Source: Promethearchaeota archaeon (GTDB lineage Archaea > Asgardarchaeota > Lokiarchaeia > Sigyniarchaeales > SOKP01). From it: DNA of 64,000 bases. A program made the position numbers and the translations under genes. The stretch lies in NCBI GenBank assembly GCA_019894975.1, contig JAGXNO010000007.1, positions 1 through 64,000 on the forward strand, written 5' to 3'. Below the pieces are notes generated by a model. It saw only the letters and a program-made list of their open reading frames with translations. It was not told the origin of the DNA and ran no database searches. Numbering within the stretch: position 1 is the stretch's first letter; each line of letters starts with the position of its first letter. Positions 1-10,560 of the stretch are shown one piece after another.

Positions 1-122
1 CTTATGCGGTAGAAAGATATTTTAGAGATGCTAAAATGGGAGAGATCTATGAAGGTACTTCTGAAATTCAAAGGTTAGTTATCGCCACCCAATTGTTAAG
101 AAGAGGCGCTAATATCTTATAG
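1..122 (+). CDS. acyl-CoA dehydrogenase, C-terminal fragment (gene begins upstream of window)
   Basis: Frame 3 reads [28 protein letters not shown]...NIL*, the canonical ACAD C-terminal 'ER.YRDAK...IYEGT.EIQR' motif; stop TAG at 120-122; directly upstream of etfBA. Confidence 0.92.
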   Translation, partial: YAVERYFRDAKMGEIYEGTSEIQRLVIATQLLRRGANIL

Positions 123-227
123 ATTAGATATTGAGATTTTTCTAACTTTTTTTTCTATTAAGGTAAGATTTATTAGAAGACGATCAAATATTGGTTTTAA
201 ATACTAGTTAATAAGCTGAATCCTATC

Positions 228-1034
228 TTGAAAATTTTCGTCTGTATCAAACAAGTGCCAGGAGTATCTGAAGTAAGAATAAACCCAAATACAAATACCC
301 TTATAAGAGAGGGTATTCCCTCCATTACTAATCCATTTGATAAAAATGCTATAGAACTAGCCTTAACAATCAAAGAGAAACATGGTGCTGAAGTAATTGC
401 AATAAGTATGGGCCCACCTCAAGCAGAAGAAGTACTAAGAGAAGCCTTGGCTATGGGTGTTGATAGGGCATTCTTATTAACTGATAGAGCTTTTGCCGGG
501 GCCGATACATTAGCAACTTCTTATACTTTATCAATTGCAATAAAGAAAATATTAAAAGAATCTAAAGAAAGGAGAAATTATCTGGTAATTTGTGGTGCAC
601 AAGCTACAGATGGGGATACGGGTCAAGTGGGACCAGAATTAGCTGAAGAATTAAAAATACCGCAAATTACTTATGTTCAGAAGTTTGAATTAAATGAAAA
701 TAAAATAATAGTAGAAAGAGTATTCAGGTCTGAAGAGGTCGTTATAATTGAATCTCGTTTACCTGCATTGATTTCAGTTTTAAAGGAAATAAATAATCCT
801 AGATACCCTACTACTTCCGGGATAGTAGATGCTTATTCAAAAAAAGAAGTTGTGCATTTTGATGCTGAGGCATTGAAACCAAATAAATCAAAGATTGGAT
901 TAAGTGGTTCAATGACAGAAGTTTGGAAGATTTTTATTCCGGAAAGAAAAGAAGAACAAATTGTTCTTAAAGGAAGTAAAGAAGAAATTGCTAAAGAACT
1001 CTGCAAAAATTTAAAGAACGATAAAATTCTCTGA
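228..1034 (+). CDS. etfB: electron transfer flavoprotein beta subunit (FixA/EtfB)
   Basis: CIKQVP, NPFD, MGPPQA, GADTLATS and DGDTGQVGP motifs; TTG start. Confidence 0.95.
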   Translation: MKIFVCIKQVPGVSEVRINPNTNTLIREGIPSITNPFDKNAIELALTIKEKHGAEVIAISMGPPQAEEVLREALAMGVDRAFLLTDRAFAGADTLATSYTLSIAIKKILKESKERRNYLVICGAQATDGDTGQVGPELAEELKIPQITYVQKFELNENKIIVERVFRSEEVVIIESRLPALISVLKEINNPRYPTTSGIVDAYSKKEVVHFDAEALKPNKSKIGLSGSMTEVWKIFIPERKEEQIVLKGSKEEIAKELCKNLKNDKIL

Positions 1035-1047
1035 GAGGATTCTATAG

Positions 1048-2250
1048 ATGAGCATATTTATAGATGATGAGCTTTGCACAGGATGTGGAAATTGTGTTGA
1101 TAATTGTCCATTTGTAGGAATTGAAATTTTTGATGGGAAAGCAATATTAACTGAAGAATGTACTTTCTGTGGAGCCTGTCTTGATGTCTGCCCTGTTAAT
1201 GCTATTTTAATTGAAAGAGAGGAATTTCAAATTCAGAAAATTGATCTTTCTCAATATAGGGGAGTATGGGTAATAGCAGAACATTACAAAAATAAAGTTC
1301 ACCCTGTAGTCTTTCAGTTGCTAGGTAAAGGAGGAGAATTAGCAAGAGAATTAGAAGTAAAGTTAACTCTTGTAATTTTGGGAGATAATTTTGAGGGCCA
1401 ATTAGAGGAACTTAACCTATATGGCCCAGATGAGATCTTATATTTGAAGTCTCCGCTCTTGAAACATTATTATTCAGATCTATATGCCCAAGTTTTAACA
1501 GAATTGATTATTGAGAATAAACCAGAAATAATATTAACAGGAGCAACCCCCACTGGAAGAGATTTTGCTCCAAGAATAGCAAAAAGACTCAATGCGGGTT
1601 TAACAGCAGATTGTACAGGATTAGAGATTGATCAAAATACAAGAAATTTATTACAAACGCGTCCTACATTTGGGGGAAGCTTAATGGCAATAATAAAAAC
1701 GCCAAATAGTCGTCCACAAATGGCAACTGTGAGACCAGGAATCTTTAAGGTTGTAGAAAGGCACAATAAAAAAGCTCACGTAAGAAAAATTGAATATAAA
1801 TTGAAAGAGAGAGATTTAGTAACTAAGATTGTTAGAGTAATAGAAAAGGAAAGAAGCTCAGTTAACCTTGAAGATGCAGAAATTATTGTCGCTGGAGGTA
1901 GAGGTGTAGGATCTAGAGATAAATTTAAAATTATTGAAGAACTAGCAGAAGTTTTAGATGCCGAACTAGGAGGTTCACGAGTTACTGTTGAATTAAATTG
2001 GTTAGAACAAGATAGACAAATAGGACAAACAGGTAAAACTGTATCACCCAAATTATATATTGCGTGTGGAATTTCCGGAGCAATCCAGCACTTAGTTGGA
2101 ATGCAAAATTCTGAGATTATTGTAGCCATAAATAAGGATCGAAATGCGCCGATTTTTAAAGTAGCACATTATAGTATCATTGGAGATCTTCATGAAATTG
2201 TTCCAACACTTATAGAAGAAATAAGAAAAATAAAATCTGGGAATTCATGA
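1048..2250 (+). CDS. etfA: electron transfer flavoprotein alpha subunit with N-terminal 2x[4Fe-4S] ferredoxin domain
   Basis: N-terminal CxxCxxCxxxCP x2; GLTADCT, RPTFGG, QIGQTGKTV, GISGAIQH motifs. Confidence 0.95.
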   Translation: MSIFIDDELCTGCGNCVDNCPFVGIEIFDGKAILTEECTFCGACLDVCPVNAILIEREEFQIQKIDLSQYRGVWVIAEHYKNKVHPVVFQLLGKGGELARELEVKLTLVILGDNFEGQLEELNLYGPDEILYLKSPLLKHYYSDLYAQVLTELIIENKPEIILTGATPTGRDFAPRIAKRLNAGLTADCTGLEIDQNTRNLLQTRPTFGGSLMAIIKTPNSRPQMATVRPGIFKVVERHNKKAHVRKIEYKLKERDLVTKIVRVIEKERSSVNLEDAEIIVAGGRGVGSRDKFKIIEELAEVLDAELGGSRVTVELNWLEQDRQIGQTGKTVSPKLYIACGISGAIQHLVGMQNSEIIVAINKDRNAPIFKVAHYSIIGDLHEIVPTLIEEIRKIKSGNS

Positions 2251-3104
2251 TAACAATACCGTTGTTTCTTCACAATCCTATAAAGACTTTAATTATTTAG
2301 TAAAAAGATTATGATATAATTAGATAAATATAAAACAAATAGGATATATGAGACTTTTAATAGAAAAAAAATAATGGAATGAATTTTTAGTCAAATTATT
2401 GTGGAGGAATAAATTATGGGCTAAAAAGGAACATTCCACTACAAGAAAAAAAAATAATTTTTTTTCTATTATATAACTAGCAATCTATCCTAATAAATCT
2501 TTCGACAAAGCGTCAATTTTATGAACGCTCTATTCTATTATTCTGTAAATTTTATTGTTAGGGTAGTATTTTGCGATTAAGATTTTAAGGTTTCTTTATT
2601 ACATCCTTATTTTAAAAATAAAAGCTAAAAGAGCTCATAAATTAAATGCATAAAAAAAATTTTTCTTGAAAAATTGGGAAATAAAAACGATTTTTTCTAA
2701 AGTTATTACCCGAATTTTTGATCTAAAAGTTTTTATAAAATTTCTGATCGAAAACTAATCGTAAATTTATTAAGATCTTAATAAGGATGAATTCGGTTTA
2801 AATCAATCAAAATCGCTAAAACATTTGAAATTATTTCCATAATCATTATATATCTTATAATATCTCTGGTATTTTGATTTACAATGAGATTTTGGATAAT
2901 TTATTAAAAATATCTCATGCATTTCTTAAAACCTTTATGATAAATGTTTAGCCAGTATTTAATCTACATATTTTTTTTCCAATTGTTACTTAAAATTTCC
3001 TTGAGCAAGAGCAAATATAAATTGATAAACCCTATTTAGATCTTAATTAAATTATAAAATTAACATAGTATAAACTAGAGTCATCCAAAAAAAGAGGTTT
3101 TATC

Positions 3105-3623
3105 ATGTCAGGTGAAGGATCTGGAAAAAAGCGTTATGTTCCATTTGTAGGACTTCTCGAGGATTATGTAGGTAGATCTCCTTGGGATTATTATAGTTGG
3201 GGTCATATCGCTTTTGGAATTGGAGCATTTTCAATATTTTCGTTGATGATAACACTTTGGGAACTTTTTATCGGACCTTCCGGATTAGCATGGTATTTTA
3301 TCCTGATTTTTGTTATTATAGTTGGTGTAGGATGGGAAATTATTGAAAACACAATTCTCTGGAAATTGGGAGTAAAATACGAAAATAGGAAGGACAGTTT
3401 TATCAACGCCCTTTTTGATATTCTTTTTGTAATTCTTGGTGGGTTGGCAACGTGGTTACTTAAATGGATAATAATGGATGTTATGGGAGAATTAGGAAGA
3501 TGGTTTTATCTTTCAGCAATCATCCTATTTGTTATTATCTTAATTGCATATTTCATTGGATTTTTCATAACTAATGAGAAAACTAAAAAAGCAAGAAAAG
3601 ATTTGGGTAAATTAATAAGTTAA
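3105..3623 (+). CDS. membrane protein (about 4 TM), possibly DUF2585/VanZ-like with H..E..D residues
   Basis: Hydrophobic helices; D.YS.GH, WE..EN, DS..N...D pattern; AGAGG upstream. Confidence 0.6.
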   Translation: MSGEGSGKKRYVPFVGLLEDYVGRSPWDYYSWGHIAFGIGAFSIFSLMITLWELFIGPSGLAWYFILIFVIIVGVGWEIIENTILWKLGVKYENRKDSFINALFDILFVILGGLATWLLKWIIMDVMGELGRWFYLSAIILFVIILIAYFIGFFITNEKTKKARKDLGKLIS

Positions 3624-3837
3624 ATTCATTTATTAACTTCTATTTTTTCTTTTATATTCTTTATATTTCTGAAAATGTCTTTATTTGGTTCAGAAATGTT
3701 TTTATTTTCTTTTTTAAGGATTAAATCATGGGAGATCATTCCCATTATGATTGATCATCTATAAGTTAATTAAAAACTAGTAATTAAGTAGAACTAGAAA
3801 TATTTTTTATACCATAAGGTAATCATATTCAAGCATT

Positions 3838-4455
3838 ATGGATCTTAAGAGTTTTAACATATTGATGGTTGGTATAGGTGGTCAAGGTGTTATTAGAGCC
3901 ATCCAAATTCTCACTTGGGCGGCTTTATTAGATGACTATAAAGTTCGCACAGCAGAAACACATGGTATGGCCCAGAGAGGAGGTTCAGTATCGTCATTTT
4001 TGCGGTTTGGGTATGAAGTTGAGGGTCCTTTAATCCCAAGTGGGAATTCTCAAATTATTATTGCTCTTGAAGCAAGCGAAGCCGCAAGATATTTTAGGTA
4101 TGCAAATTCAGATACTATTTTCCTTATAAATGACAAAATTATTGTACCTCCTACTGTTCAATTGTTAAATATGGAATACCCAGATCTTAATTCAATAGGA
4201 AGCTTTCTAAAGCAAATATCTACTAATGTCTTTTTCATTAAAGGTCATGAAGAGGCATTAAAAGCAGGAGATCTTCGTTCTTTAAATGTCTATATGATAG
4301 GTGTTTTAGTAGGATCAAATCAGTTACCTATCAAACAAAAAACACTTGAAAATTCAATTAGAAGATTTATCCCTAGGAAAGCTCAGGAAATTAATAAAAT
4401 TGCGTTTAATATTGGAATTGAAAAAGGAAAGTTAATAAAAGGAGATATAAAATGA
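3838..4455 (+). CDS. iorB: indolepyruvate:ferredoxin oxidoreductase beta subunit
   Basis: GIGGQG, ETHGMAQRGGSV motifs; stop overlaps iorA start. Confidence 0.93.
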   Translation: MDLKSFNILMVGIGGQGVIRAIQILTWAALLDDYKVRTAETHGMAQRGGSVSSFLRFGYEVEGPLIPSGNSQIIIALEASEAARYFRYANSDTIFLINDKIIVPPTVQLLNMEYPDLNSIGSFLKQISTNVFFIKGHEEALKAGDLRSLNVYMIGVLVGSNQLPIKQKTLENSIRRFIPRKAQEINKIAFNIGIEKGKLIKGDIK

Positions 4456-6353
4456 GTTTACCACATTTTGCCGTTAGCAATCCCGGAAGTCATGTGATTC
4501 TTTTAGGAAATGAAGCGATAGCACGCGGTATATTAGAAGCAGGAGTTATAATTGGTGCGGGATATCCCGGAACACCATCATCTGAGATTTTATCTACACT
4601 TGCAATGATGTATCCATATTTCTCGTATCTAAAAATAGAATGGAGTATAAATGAAAAGGTAGCATTTGAGGTTGCATATGGGGGTTCAATGTCAAATGTG
4701 CGATCAGTTGTGTGTATGAAACATGTTGGCCTAAATGTAGCATCAGATGCATTTATGACTGCAGCTTATGCGGGAGCACGAGGAGGAATGGTGGTAGTTT
4801 CAGCAGATGATCCGAATTGTTATTCATCACAAAATGAACAAGATAATCGATATTATGGTTTACATGCCTTAGTTCCTGTTTTTGAACCTGCAACACCTCA
4901 AGAAGCAAAAGATTTAATTAAATATGCATTTGATTTTTCTGAAAGATTTCAAACTCTTGTATTATTTCGAACAACCACCCGATTGAATCATGGACGTGGT
5001 GATGTGGTACTTGGGGAGATTAAGAAAATTAATAGAGAGTATGGATTTGATTGGGATAGATCACGCTGGGTATGTTTACCTTCTCATTCACGTGTACTGC
5101 GTCTTAGGTTACTTGAAAGGTTAAAAGAAATTTCTGATTTTGCTGATAATTTCCCCTTTAACTCTCTTCAAATTTCAAAGAAAAAGGTTACTGGAAAAAA
5201 GATTGGTTTTATTTCAGCTGGAGTTCCATACTCCCATCTAATTGATGCTCTTAATCAGTTTGGGATAAAAGATGACGTTTCAATTCTGAAACTAGGGATG
5301 GTATACCCTCCTCCAAAAAACCTTATAAAAAAGCTCTTCTCCTCAGTTGATAAAATTCTAGTCATAGAAGAATTAGAACCATTCATAGAAAACATCGTAA
5401 AACAAATAGCTTATGAAGAAGGATTATCAAAAGAAATAGAGATTCATGGTAAAGACATGTTTCCTCAGAATGGAGAGTTTTTACCTGAACTTTATCTAGA
5501 AAACTTAGCCGATATTATGAACTTAGAATACAATAGAATACCAGTCCCAAATGATATGATAATAATCCCTCCAAGACTTCCTATCCTCTGCTCGGGATGT
5601 TCTCACCGTGCTAGTTTTTATGCTATAAAACAAGTAGAAAAAAAAATGAAAACTAAATTTGTCAATTCATCTGATATAGGATGTTATACATTAGCAGTCT
5701 ACAAACCTCTTGAAGGATTGGACACAGAAGTTTGTATGGGAGGATCAATTGGTCTTGCAAATGGGATTTCGAAAATTCAATCCAATGAGAACCCAGTTTT
5801 AGCTATTTTGGGGGATTCTACTTTTTTTCATTCTGGTATCCCTGCACTAATAAATGCAGTTTATAATCAGAATAATATATTGGTTGTTATATTAGATAAT
5901 AGATCAACAAGCATGACAGGATTCCAAGAAAATCCTGGAACAGGAATCAAGATCACAAAAGAAGTAGGTACAAAAATAATTATCGAAGATCTAGTCAAAG
6001 GATGTGGTGTCTCATCAGAAAATCTATGGGTTGAAGATTCTAATAATTTAAAGAATATGATTGATAAATTAGAGGAAGCAGTTAAAGCGAAAGGTGTTAG
6101 GGTTTTCATATCGAGACATACATGTTCTTTAGTAGAATTAAATGAATTCAAATCAAAAGAAATTGTACCTCCGATTGTGAAAGTGGATTCAGAAAAATGT
6201 ATAGGATGCCTCATCTGCGTTAATAAATTTGGTTGTCCTTCAATAATATTCGACGGAAAACAAAAGAAAGCAAAAATAGAACAGGATACATGTAGAGGAT
6301 GTAAAGTATGTATTGATGTTTGCATTCATGATGCAATATATGAGGAGGAGTAA
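4452..6353 (+). CDS. iorA: indolepyruvate:ferredoxin oxidoreductase alpha subunit
   Basis: LGNEAIARG, YPGTPSSE, MKHVGLNVA, SQNEQD, TPP motif GDSTFFHSG...DN, C-terminal 2x[4Fe-4S]. Confidence 0.95.
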   Translation: MSLPHFAVSNPGSHVILLGNEAIARGILEAGVIIGAGYPGTPSSEILSTLAMMYPYFSYLKIEWSINEKVAFEVAYGGSMSNVRSVVCMKHVGLNVASDAFMTAAYAGARGGMVVVSADDPNCYSSQNEQDNRYYGLHALVPVFEPATPQEAKDLIKYAFDFSERFQTLVLFRTTTRLNHGRGDVVLGEIKKINREYGFDWDRSRWVCLPSHSRVLRLRLLERLKEISDFADNFPFNSLQISKKKVTGKKIGFISAGVPYSHLIDALNQFGIKDDVSILKLGMVYPPPKNLIKKLFSSVDKILVIEELEPFIENIVKQIAYEEGLSKEIEIHGKDMFPQNGEFLPELYLENLADIMNLEYNRIPVPNDMIIIPPRLPILCSGCSHRASFYAIKQVEKKMKTKFVNSSDIGCYTLAVYKPLEGLDTEVCMGGSIGLANGISKIQSNENPVLAILGDSTFFHSGIPALINAVYNQNNILVVILDNRSTSMTGFQENPGTGIKITKEVGTKIIIEDLVKGCGVSSENLWVEDSNNLKNMIDKLEEAVKAKGVRVFISRHTCSLVELNEFKSKEIVPPIVKVDSEKCIGCLICVNKFGCPSIIFDGKQKKAKIEQDTCRGCKVCIDVCIHDAIYEEE

Positions 6354-6360
6354 TAATACA

Positions 6361-7743
6361 ATGGTTTCTTTTTTCTTTTACCCAAAAACAATTGCTGTAA
6401 TCGGAGCAACAAATAATCCAAAAAAATTTGGGAATGCAGTCACCGTCAACCTTCTAAATAATAAAAACCTCAAAAGTCAAGTATTTCTTGTTTCTCATAA
6501 AGGTCAAGAAATCGGAGGTTTGAGAACCTATAAATCTATTTTAGAGATTCAAAGCGAAATAGACATTGCGATAATTTTAGTTCCTGCAAAAGTCATCGAT
6601 GACGTTATAGATCAATGTTTAAAGAAAAAAGTTAAAGGAATTATTATTATTACTGCCGGTTTTGGTGAAATAGATGAAGAAGGAAAAAAGAAGGAGCAAG
6701 AAATAGCTTTAAAAAGTGATAATACAGGAATACGTATTATAGGCCCAAACTGTGTAGGATTGCAGAATTTAGATATTGGATTAAATGCTTCATTTATTCA
6801 AACAGCACCTATAGGAAATATTAGCATGATTAGTCAATCAGGTTCATTTGGATGTGCGAGTTTTTATGCAATGGAACGTGAATATATTGGTTGTTCAAAA
6901 TTTGCTAATATCGGTAATAGTATCGATGTTTCTTTCAATGAAATACTAGAATATTTCAAAACTGATCAAAATACACGAATTATAAGTATTTATATGGAGA
7001 CAATTGAAAGTGGGAAAGAATTTGTAAAGATTCTTAAAGAAATAATAAGAATAAAGCCTATTGTAGTATTGAAGGGTGGTAGAACTAATTATGGAATGAA
7101 AGCTGCTAGTAGTCATACAGGTTCAATAGCAACCAATTATAAAATGTTTAAAACATCATTAAAACAAACGGGAGTAGTATTATGTGAAAATGTTAATGAC
7201 TTTATTACTGCTCTTAAGACATTTTCATATTTACCAATTCCTGAGGGAGAGAGAATTGGTGTTCTTACTAATAGTGGTGGGAGTTCAGTATTGTTTAGTG
7301 ATAAAGCAGAAGGTTTTAATTTATCCATGGCGGAGTTTTCTGATGAATTTAAAGCCAAAATTTCTCCATATTTAATCCCACTGGTAAAATTAGTAAATCC
7401 ACTTGATATGATTGGAGGTGCTAATGAATCTACGTATTACAACATAACTAAAATTATGTTAGAAGAGCCTACTATTGATATTGTTGTAGCATGTGTAGTT
7501 ATCCCCCCATTTTTAAAGATGAAATCGGATGAGCATTATAGAGGAATTATACGTGCATGGAATGATACTGGAAGAAAGAAGCCATTAATACCGTTATTAA
7601 TGTTTAGTGAAGATTTCATTATTTTACGAGAACATTCAAAGAGAGAGAAATCAACTATCTTTTTCACACCTCATGATGCGGCTTATGCAATAAGAATTTT
7701 AATTGAAAGAATGAAATTATTGAAGAAACTTGAAAGATTATAA
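6361..7743 (+). CDS. ADP-forming acyl-CoA synthetase alpha subunit (CoA-binding)
   Basis: P..IAVIGA, GPNC.G, SQSG, phospho-His SHTG, NPLD; start moved to ATG 6361 (after the iorA stop). Confidence 0.9.
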   Translation: MVSFFFYPKTIAVIGATNNPKKFGNAVTVNLLNNKNLKSQVFLVSHKGQEIGGLRTYKSILEIQSEIDIAIILVPAKVIDDVIDQCLKKKVKGIIIITAGFGEIDEEGKKKEQEIALKSDNTGIRIIGPNCVGLQNLDIGLNASFIQTAPIGNISMISQSGSFGCASFYAMEREYIGCSKFANIGNSIDVSFNEILEYFKTDQNTRIISIYMETIESGKEFVKILKEIIRIKPIVVLKGGRTNYGMKAASSHTGSIATNYKMFKTSLKQTGVVLCENVNDFITALKTFSYLPIPEGERIGVLTNSGGSSVLFSDKAEGFNLSMAEFSDEFKAKISPYLIPLVKLVNPLDMIGGANESTYYNITKIMLEEPTIDIVVACVVIPPFLKMKSDEHYRGIIRAWNDTGRKKPLIPLLMFSEDFIILREHSKREKSTIFFTPHDAAYAIRILIERMKLLKKLERL

Positions 7744-7763
7744 AAAAAGTTAAGTAGATAATT

Positions 7764-8168
7764 CTAATCTGCTATTGTAAACTTGTTCTTTTGGAGAATT
7801 TGTATGGCGTCTTCAATAATATCCTCTTCTACACGTACTATAAGCATTGAGTCATTTTTTACAAGTGTAGAATAACAATAATCAATATTAATTTTATTAT
7901 CCCCCAATGTTTTAGTAATTAGATATAAAGCATCGGGTTTATCATTTAACTTAATAGCAATTACCTCTGTAGTAGAAAGAAGATAGTCCTCTTTCTCTAA
8001 AAGATTAATACAATCATCTGGTTTGTCAACTAACAACAATAACAAACCGTATTCAGATGTTTTAGCAACTGTTAAAGCTCTAATAAAGATCTTATTATCC
8101 ATTAAAAGTTTAACAAATTTAGCTAATACACCTGGACGGTCTTCGAGAAATACGCTCAGTTGAATCAT
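7764..8168 (-). CDS. tandem ACT-domain protein
   Basis: QLSVFLEDRPG.L, INIDY.Y; family typically found next to ior genes. Confidence 0.85.
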   Translation of the reverse strand: MIQLSVFLEDRPGVLAKFVKLLMDNKIFIRALTVAKTSEYGLLLLLVDKPDDCINLLEKEDYLLSTTEVIAIKLNDKPDALYLITKTLGDNKINIDYCYSTLVKNDSMLIVRVEEDIIEDAIQILQKNKFTIAD

Positions 8169-8304
8169 TATGGGGTCATTTTTTTTATTTAACTAAATAG
8201 ATGTAAATCTTAATATTACTTTTTTTTTAAATTTAGTAAATAAAAATAAGTTTGTTGAAAATATATTTATCCCAATGTAAGTGAACTGCTGAAAATCACA
8301 ATTA

Positions 8305-9063
8305 ATGACAAAAGATTTTTACGATAAACATAAGAACTTTTCTTCTAGAACATTAATAGAATATTATATTTCTCCCGGTATAAAGTGCAAATTCGATCTT
8401 TTAAAGACGCATATTAATACTAAAAAAATTTATAATTATGGAATCGATCTTGGCTCATCTGGGAATTCATTCTTATTCTTTTTAGATATTGTAAATCAAA
8501 AATTTTCTTTAGATATAGCAGATCTCCCCTTAAAACAATATCAGGACAAAAAGAATTGGTATCCATTATGTGGGGACCTTATGAAACTACCTTATAGAGA
8601 CGAAACTTTTGATTTCTTAAGCGTGCTTGACGTAATTGAACATATTGAAGAAGATATATCCGCAATTTCTGAGATGAGTAGAATCTTAAAGAAAAATGGG
8701 ATTCTTATAATTAGCGTACCTCATCGAATGAAGTATTATACAAACCAAGATAGATTAATTGGTCACTATAGACGATACGAAATAAACCAACTTATCTCTA
8801 ATTTCAATAAATTTAACTTAAGGAACTTAAAAACTTTTGGAGTATATGGTAGTATGATGAAAATAGCAGATATCCAGACTATAAATCCAAAAAAAATCGA
8901 AGAGAACCTGTTAAGCCTAAGAAATAAATATCAATATAGTATTGGTTTCAGAGCTTTATGGAATATTATCGTTAAATTTTTGTCCAATTTAATGAAAATA
9001 GATGCTAAATATAGAACAATTAATAAAATCAGAAACGTAGGTTTAATTTTCATAAAGAAATAG
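8305..9063 (+). CDS. class I SAM-dependent methyltransferase
   Basis: DLGSSG, LPY.D..FD, DVIEH, GHYRRY. Confidence 0.85.
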   Translation: MTKDFYDKHKNFSSRTLIEYYISPGIKCKFDLLKTHINTKKIYNYGIDLGSSGNSFLFFLDIVNQKFSLDIADLPLKQYQDKKNWYPLCGDLMKLPYRDETFDFLSVLDVIEHIEEDISAISEMSRILKKNGILIISVPHRMKYYTNQDRLIGHYRRYEINQLISNFNKFNLRNLKTFGVYGSMMKIADIQTINPKKIEENLLSLRNKYQYSIGFRALWNIIVKFLSNLMKIDAKYRTINKIRNVGLIFIKK

Positions 9064-9082
9064 AAAAATTACTTCAATACTA

Positions 9083-9487
9083 TCAAGCACTTTCTTTTTT
9101 TAATTTTTCAAAAAGTTTTTTATATTCATCAATATACTTCTCTTGATTGGTTTGTTCAATCTTTTTGAGAAGTTCAACTGACTTTGTTAAGATTTCAGAC
9201 TGTTTTTTTATTTTCTCATAAAATATATTCTTCTTTTCTTGAGATTCTTCCAATCCTAACTGCTGTTCATAGTCCTTAATAGAAGTTCTAATTTCTTCTT
9301 GAGATTTCGCTACAGAAGACGCTAATTGGATTTTTCTTTGTTCTAATTTTATACAGTTTTCACATACAATCTCTTCGTTTTTTTCTTGCTTTCTTAATTT
9401 TTCTCCCTTCTGCATCATGAAAGGATTTTTACAACGGTCACATGCAACCAATTCAAGAACTAATTTATCAGCATTGGTATCGGGCAT
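9083..9487 (-). CDS. hypothetical protein: zinc finger (CxxC...CxxC) plus coiled coil
   Basis: CDRC and CENC followed by a charged heptad-like region. Confidence 0.65.
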   Translation of the reverse strand: MPDTNADKLVLELVACDRCKNPFMMQKGEKLRKQEKNEEIVCENCIKLEQRKIQLASSVAKSQEEIRTSIKDYEQQLGLEESQEKKNIFYEKIKKQSEILTKSVELLKKIEQTNQEKYIDEYKKLFEKLKKESA

Positions 9488-9621
9488 ACTTATAAGAGAC
9501 AGGAAAATTGATTTTTAATAATTTATCTATTATAATTATAATCTTAACTTAATAATATATTACTATTCTATTAACTCTCATTTTTGGAAAAGTAATAATA
9601 GCGTAATATCTTTCTTTTTTT

Positions 9622-10422
9622 ATGGATCTTGGGCTTATTATCCTCTTACTTATTTTTGGTATAATATTTGGAGTCATTAGTTCTCTTGCCGGAATAGGTG
9701 GTGGGGCACTATACATGTCATTAATGATTTTACTATTAGCAATCCCTATTGACGAGGCTAGAAATACCTCAACTTTTATTATATTTCTTTTTTCTTGCGT
9801 TACATTTATCAGCTATTACAGGCAGGGAAAAGTAGATCTTAAGTTAACTTTAATTTTTGCAAGTTTTGCGTTAATGGGCAGTATAACGGCTACAGTTGTT
9901 TTCCTAATATATCCAGTTAATAATTCCGCATTAAAAGTGATTATTGCTTCAATAGTACTTATTTCAGGAATAAATATGATAAGAAAGGCTTTAGTAAGTT
10001 ATAATTCTGATAAAATAAACCTAGGGGTAACTAAAATAGAATTCTCCTTTAAAAATTACGATTATAAATCGAATTTGAAAAAAGGAATTCTATTATTTTT
10101 CTTTGTAGGATTCATCGCATATTTATCAGGTATCGGAGGCGGTTTATTATTTGTACCAATTCTATGTATTGCGTTCCGTATTCCTATTCATTATTCAACT
10201 GCAATATCATCCTCAATGATATTTTTTATTGGGATTTATAATACTTCAGCACGGATGCTATTTAGTGAAATTCACTATGTAATTGGCATTCTTATTGGAA
10301 TCGGTGCAATTACTGGTTCATTGATGGGAGCAAAGTTATCAAATAAAATACCAAAGAATTATCTTCAATTTGGAGTAGCGGCAGTATTAATACTCTTAGC
10401 AATTAGAATGTATTTTGTATAA
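9622..10422 (+). CDS. sulfite exporter TauE/SafE family membrane protein
   Basis: Duplicated GIGGG motif, about 8 TM helices. Confidence 0.88.
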   Translation: MDLGLIILLLIFGIIFGVISSLAGIGGGALYMSLMILLLAIPIDEARNTSTFIIFLFSCVTFISYYRQGKVDLKLTLIFASFALMGSITATVVFLIYPVNNSALKVIIASIVLISGINMIRKALVSYNSDKINLGVTKIEFSFKNYDYKSNLKKGILLFFFVGFIAYLSGIGGGLLFVPILCIAFRIPIHYSTAISSSMIFFIGIYNTSARMLFSEIHYVIGILIGIGAITGSLMGAKLSNKIPKNYLQFGVAAVLILLAIRMYFV

Positions 10423-10560
10423 CATAACTCAGATAAACTAAAGATATAATAAAAATGAATTATGTAATTTTTTAACATTTCAATCACAAAAAATTAAAAA
10501 TAGTCAAACCTAATCTTTAATAGAATAGATATTAACAATAACTGATAGATGAGAGGGAAA

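Noticed and set aside
1776-2129. Antisense ORFs in the ORF track (e.g. 1776-2129, 5867-6325, 30386-30742, 42079-42483, 48942-49328, 61076-61420, 62968-63276)
   Set aside because: They lie on the opposite strand of well-supported genes and have Ser/Ile/Phe-rich shadow composition with no motifs
2251-3104. Replication origin or CRISPR array in the long spacer
   Set aside because: No ORB-like G-string repeats, no cdc6/orc1 nearby and no regularly spaced direct repeats
6313-6360. Longer N-terminus for the acyl-CoA synthetase ORF
   Set aside because: It overlaps the iorA 3' end; family similarity starts at ATG 6361
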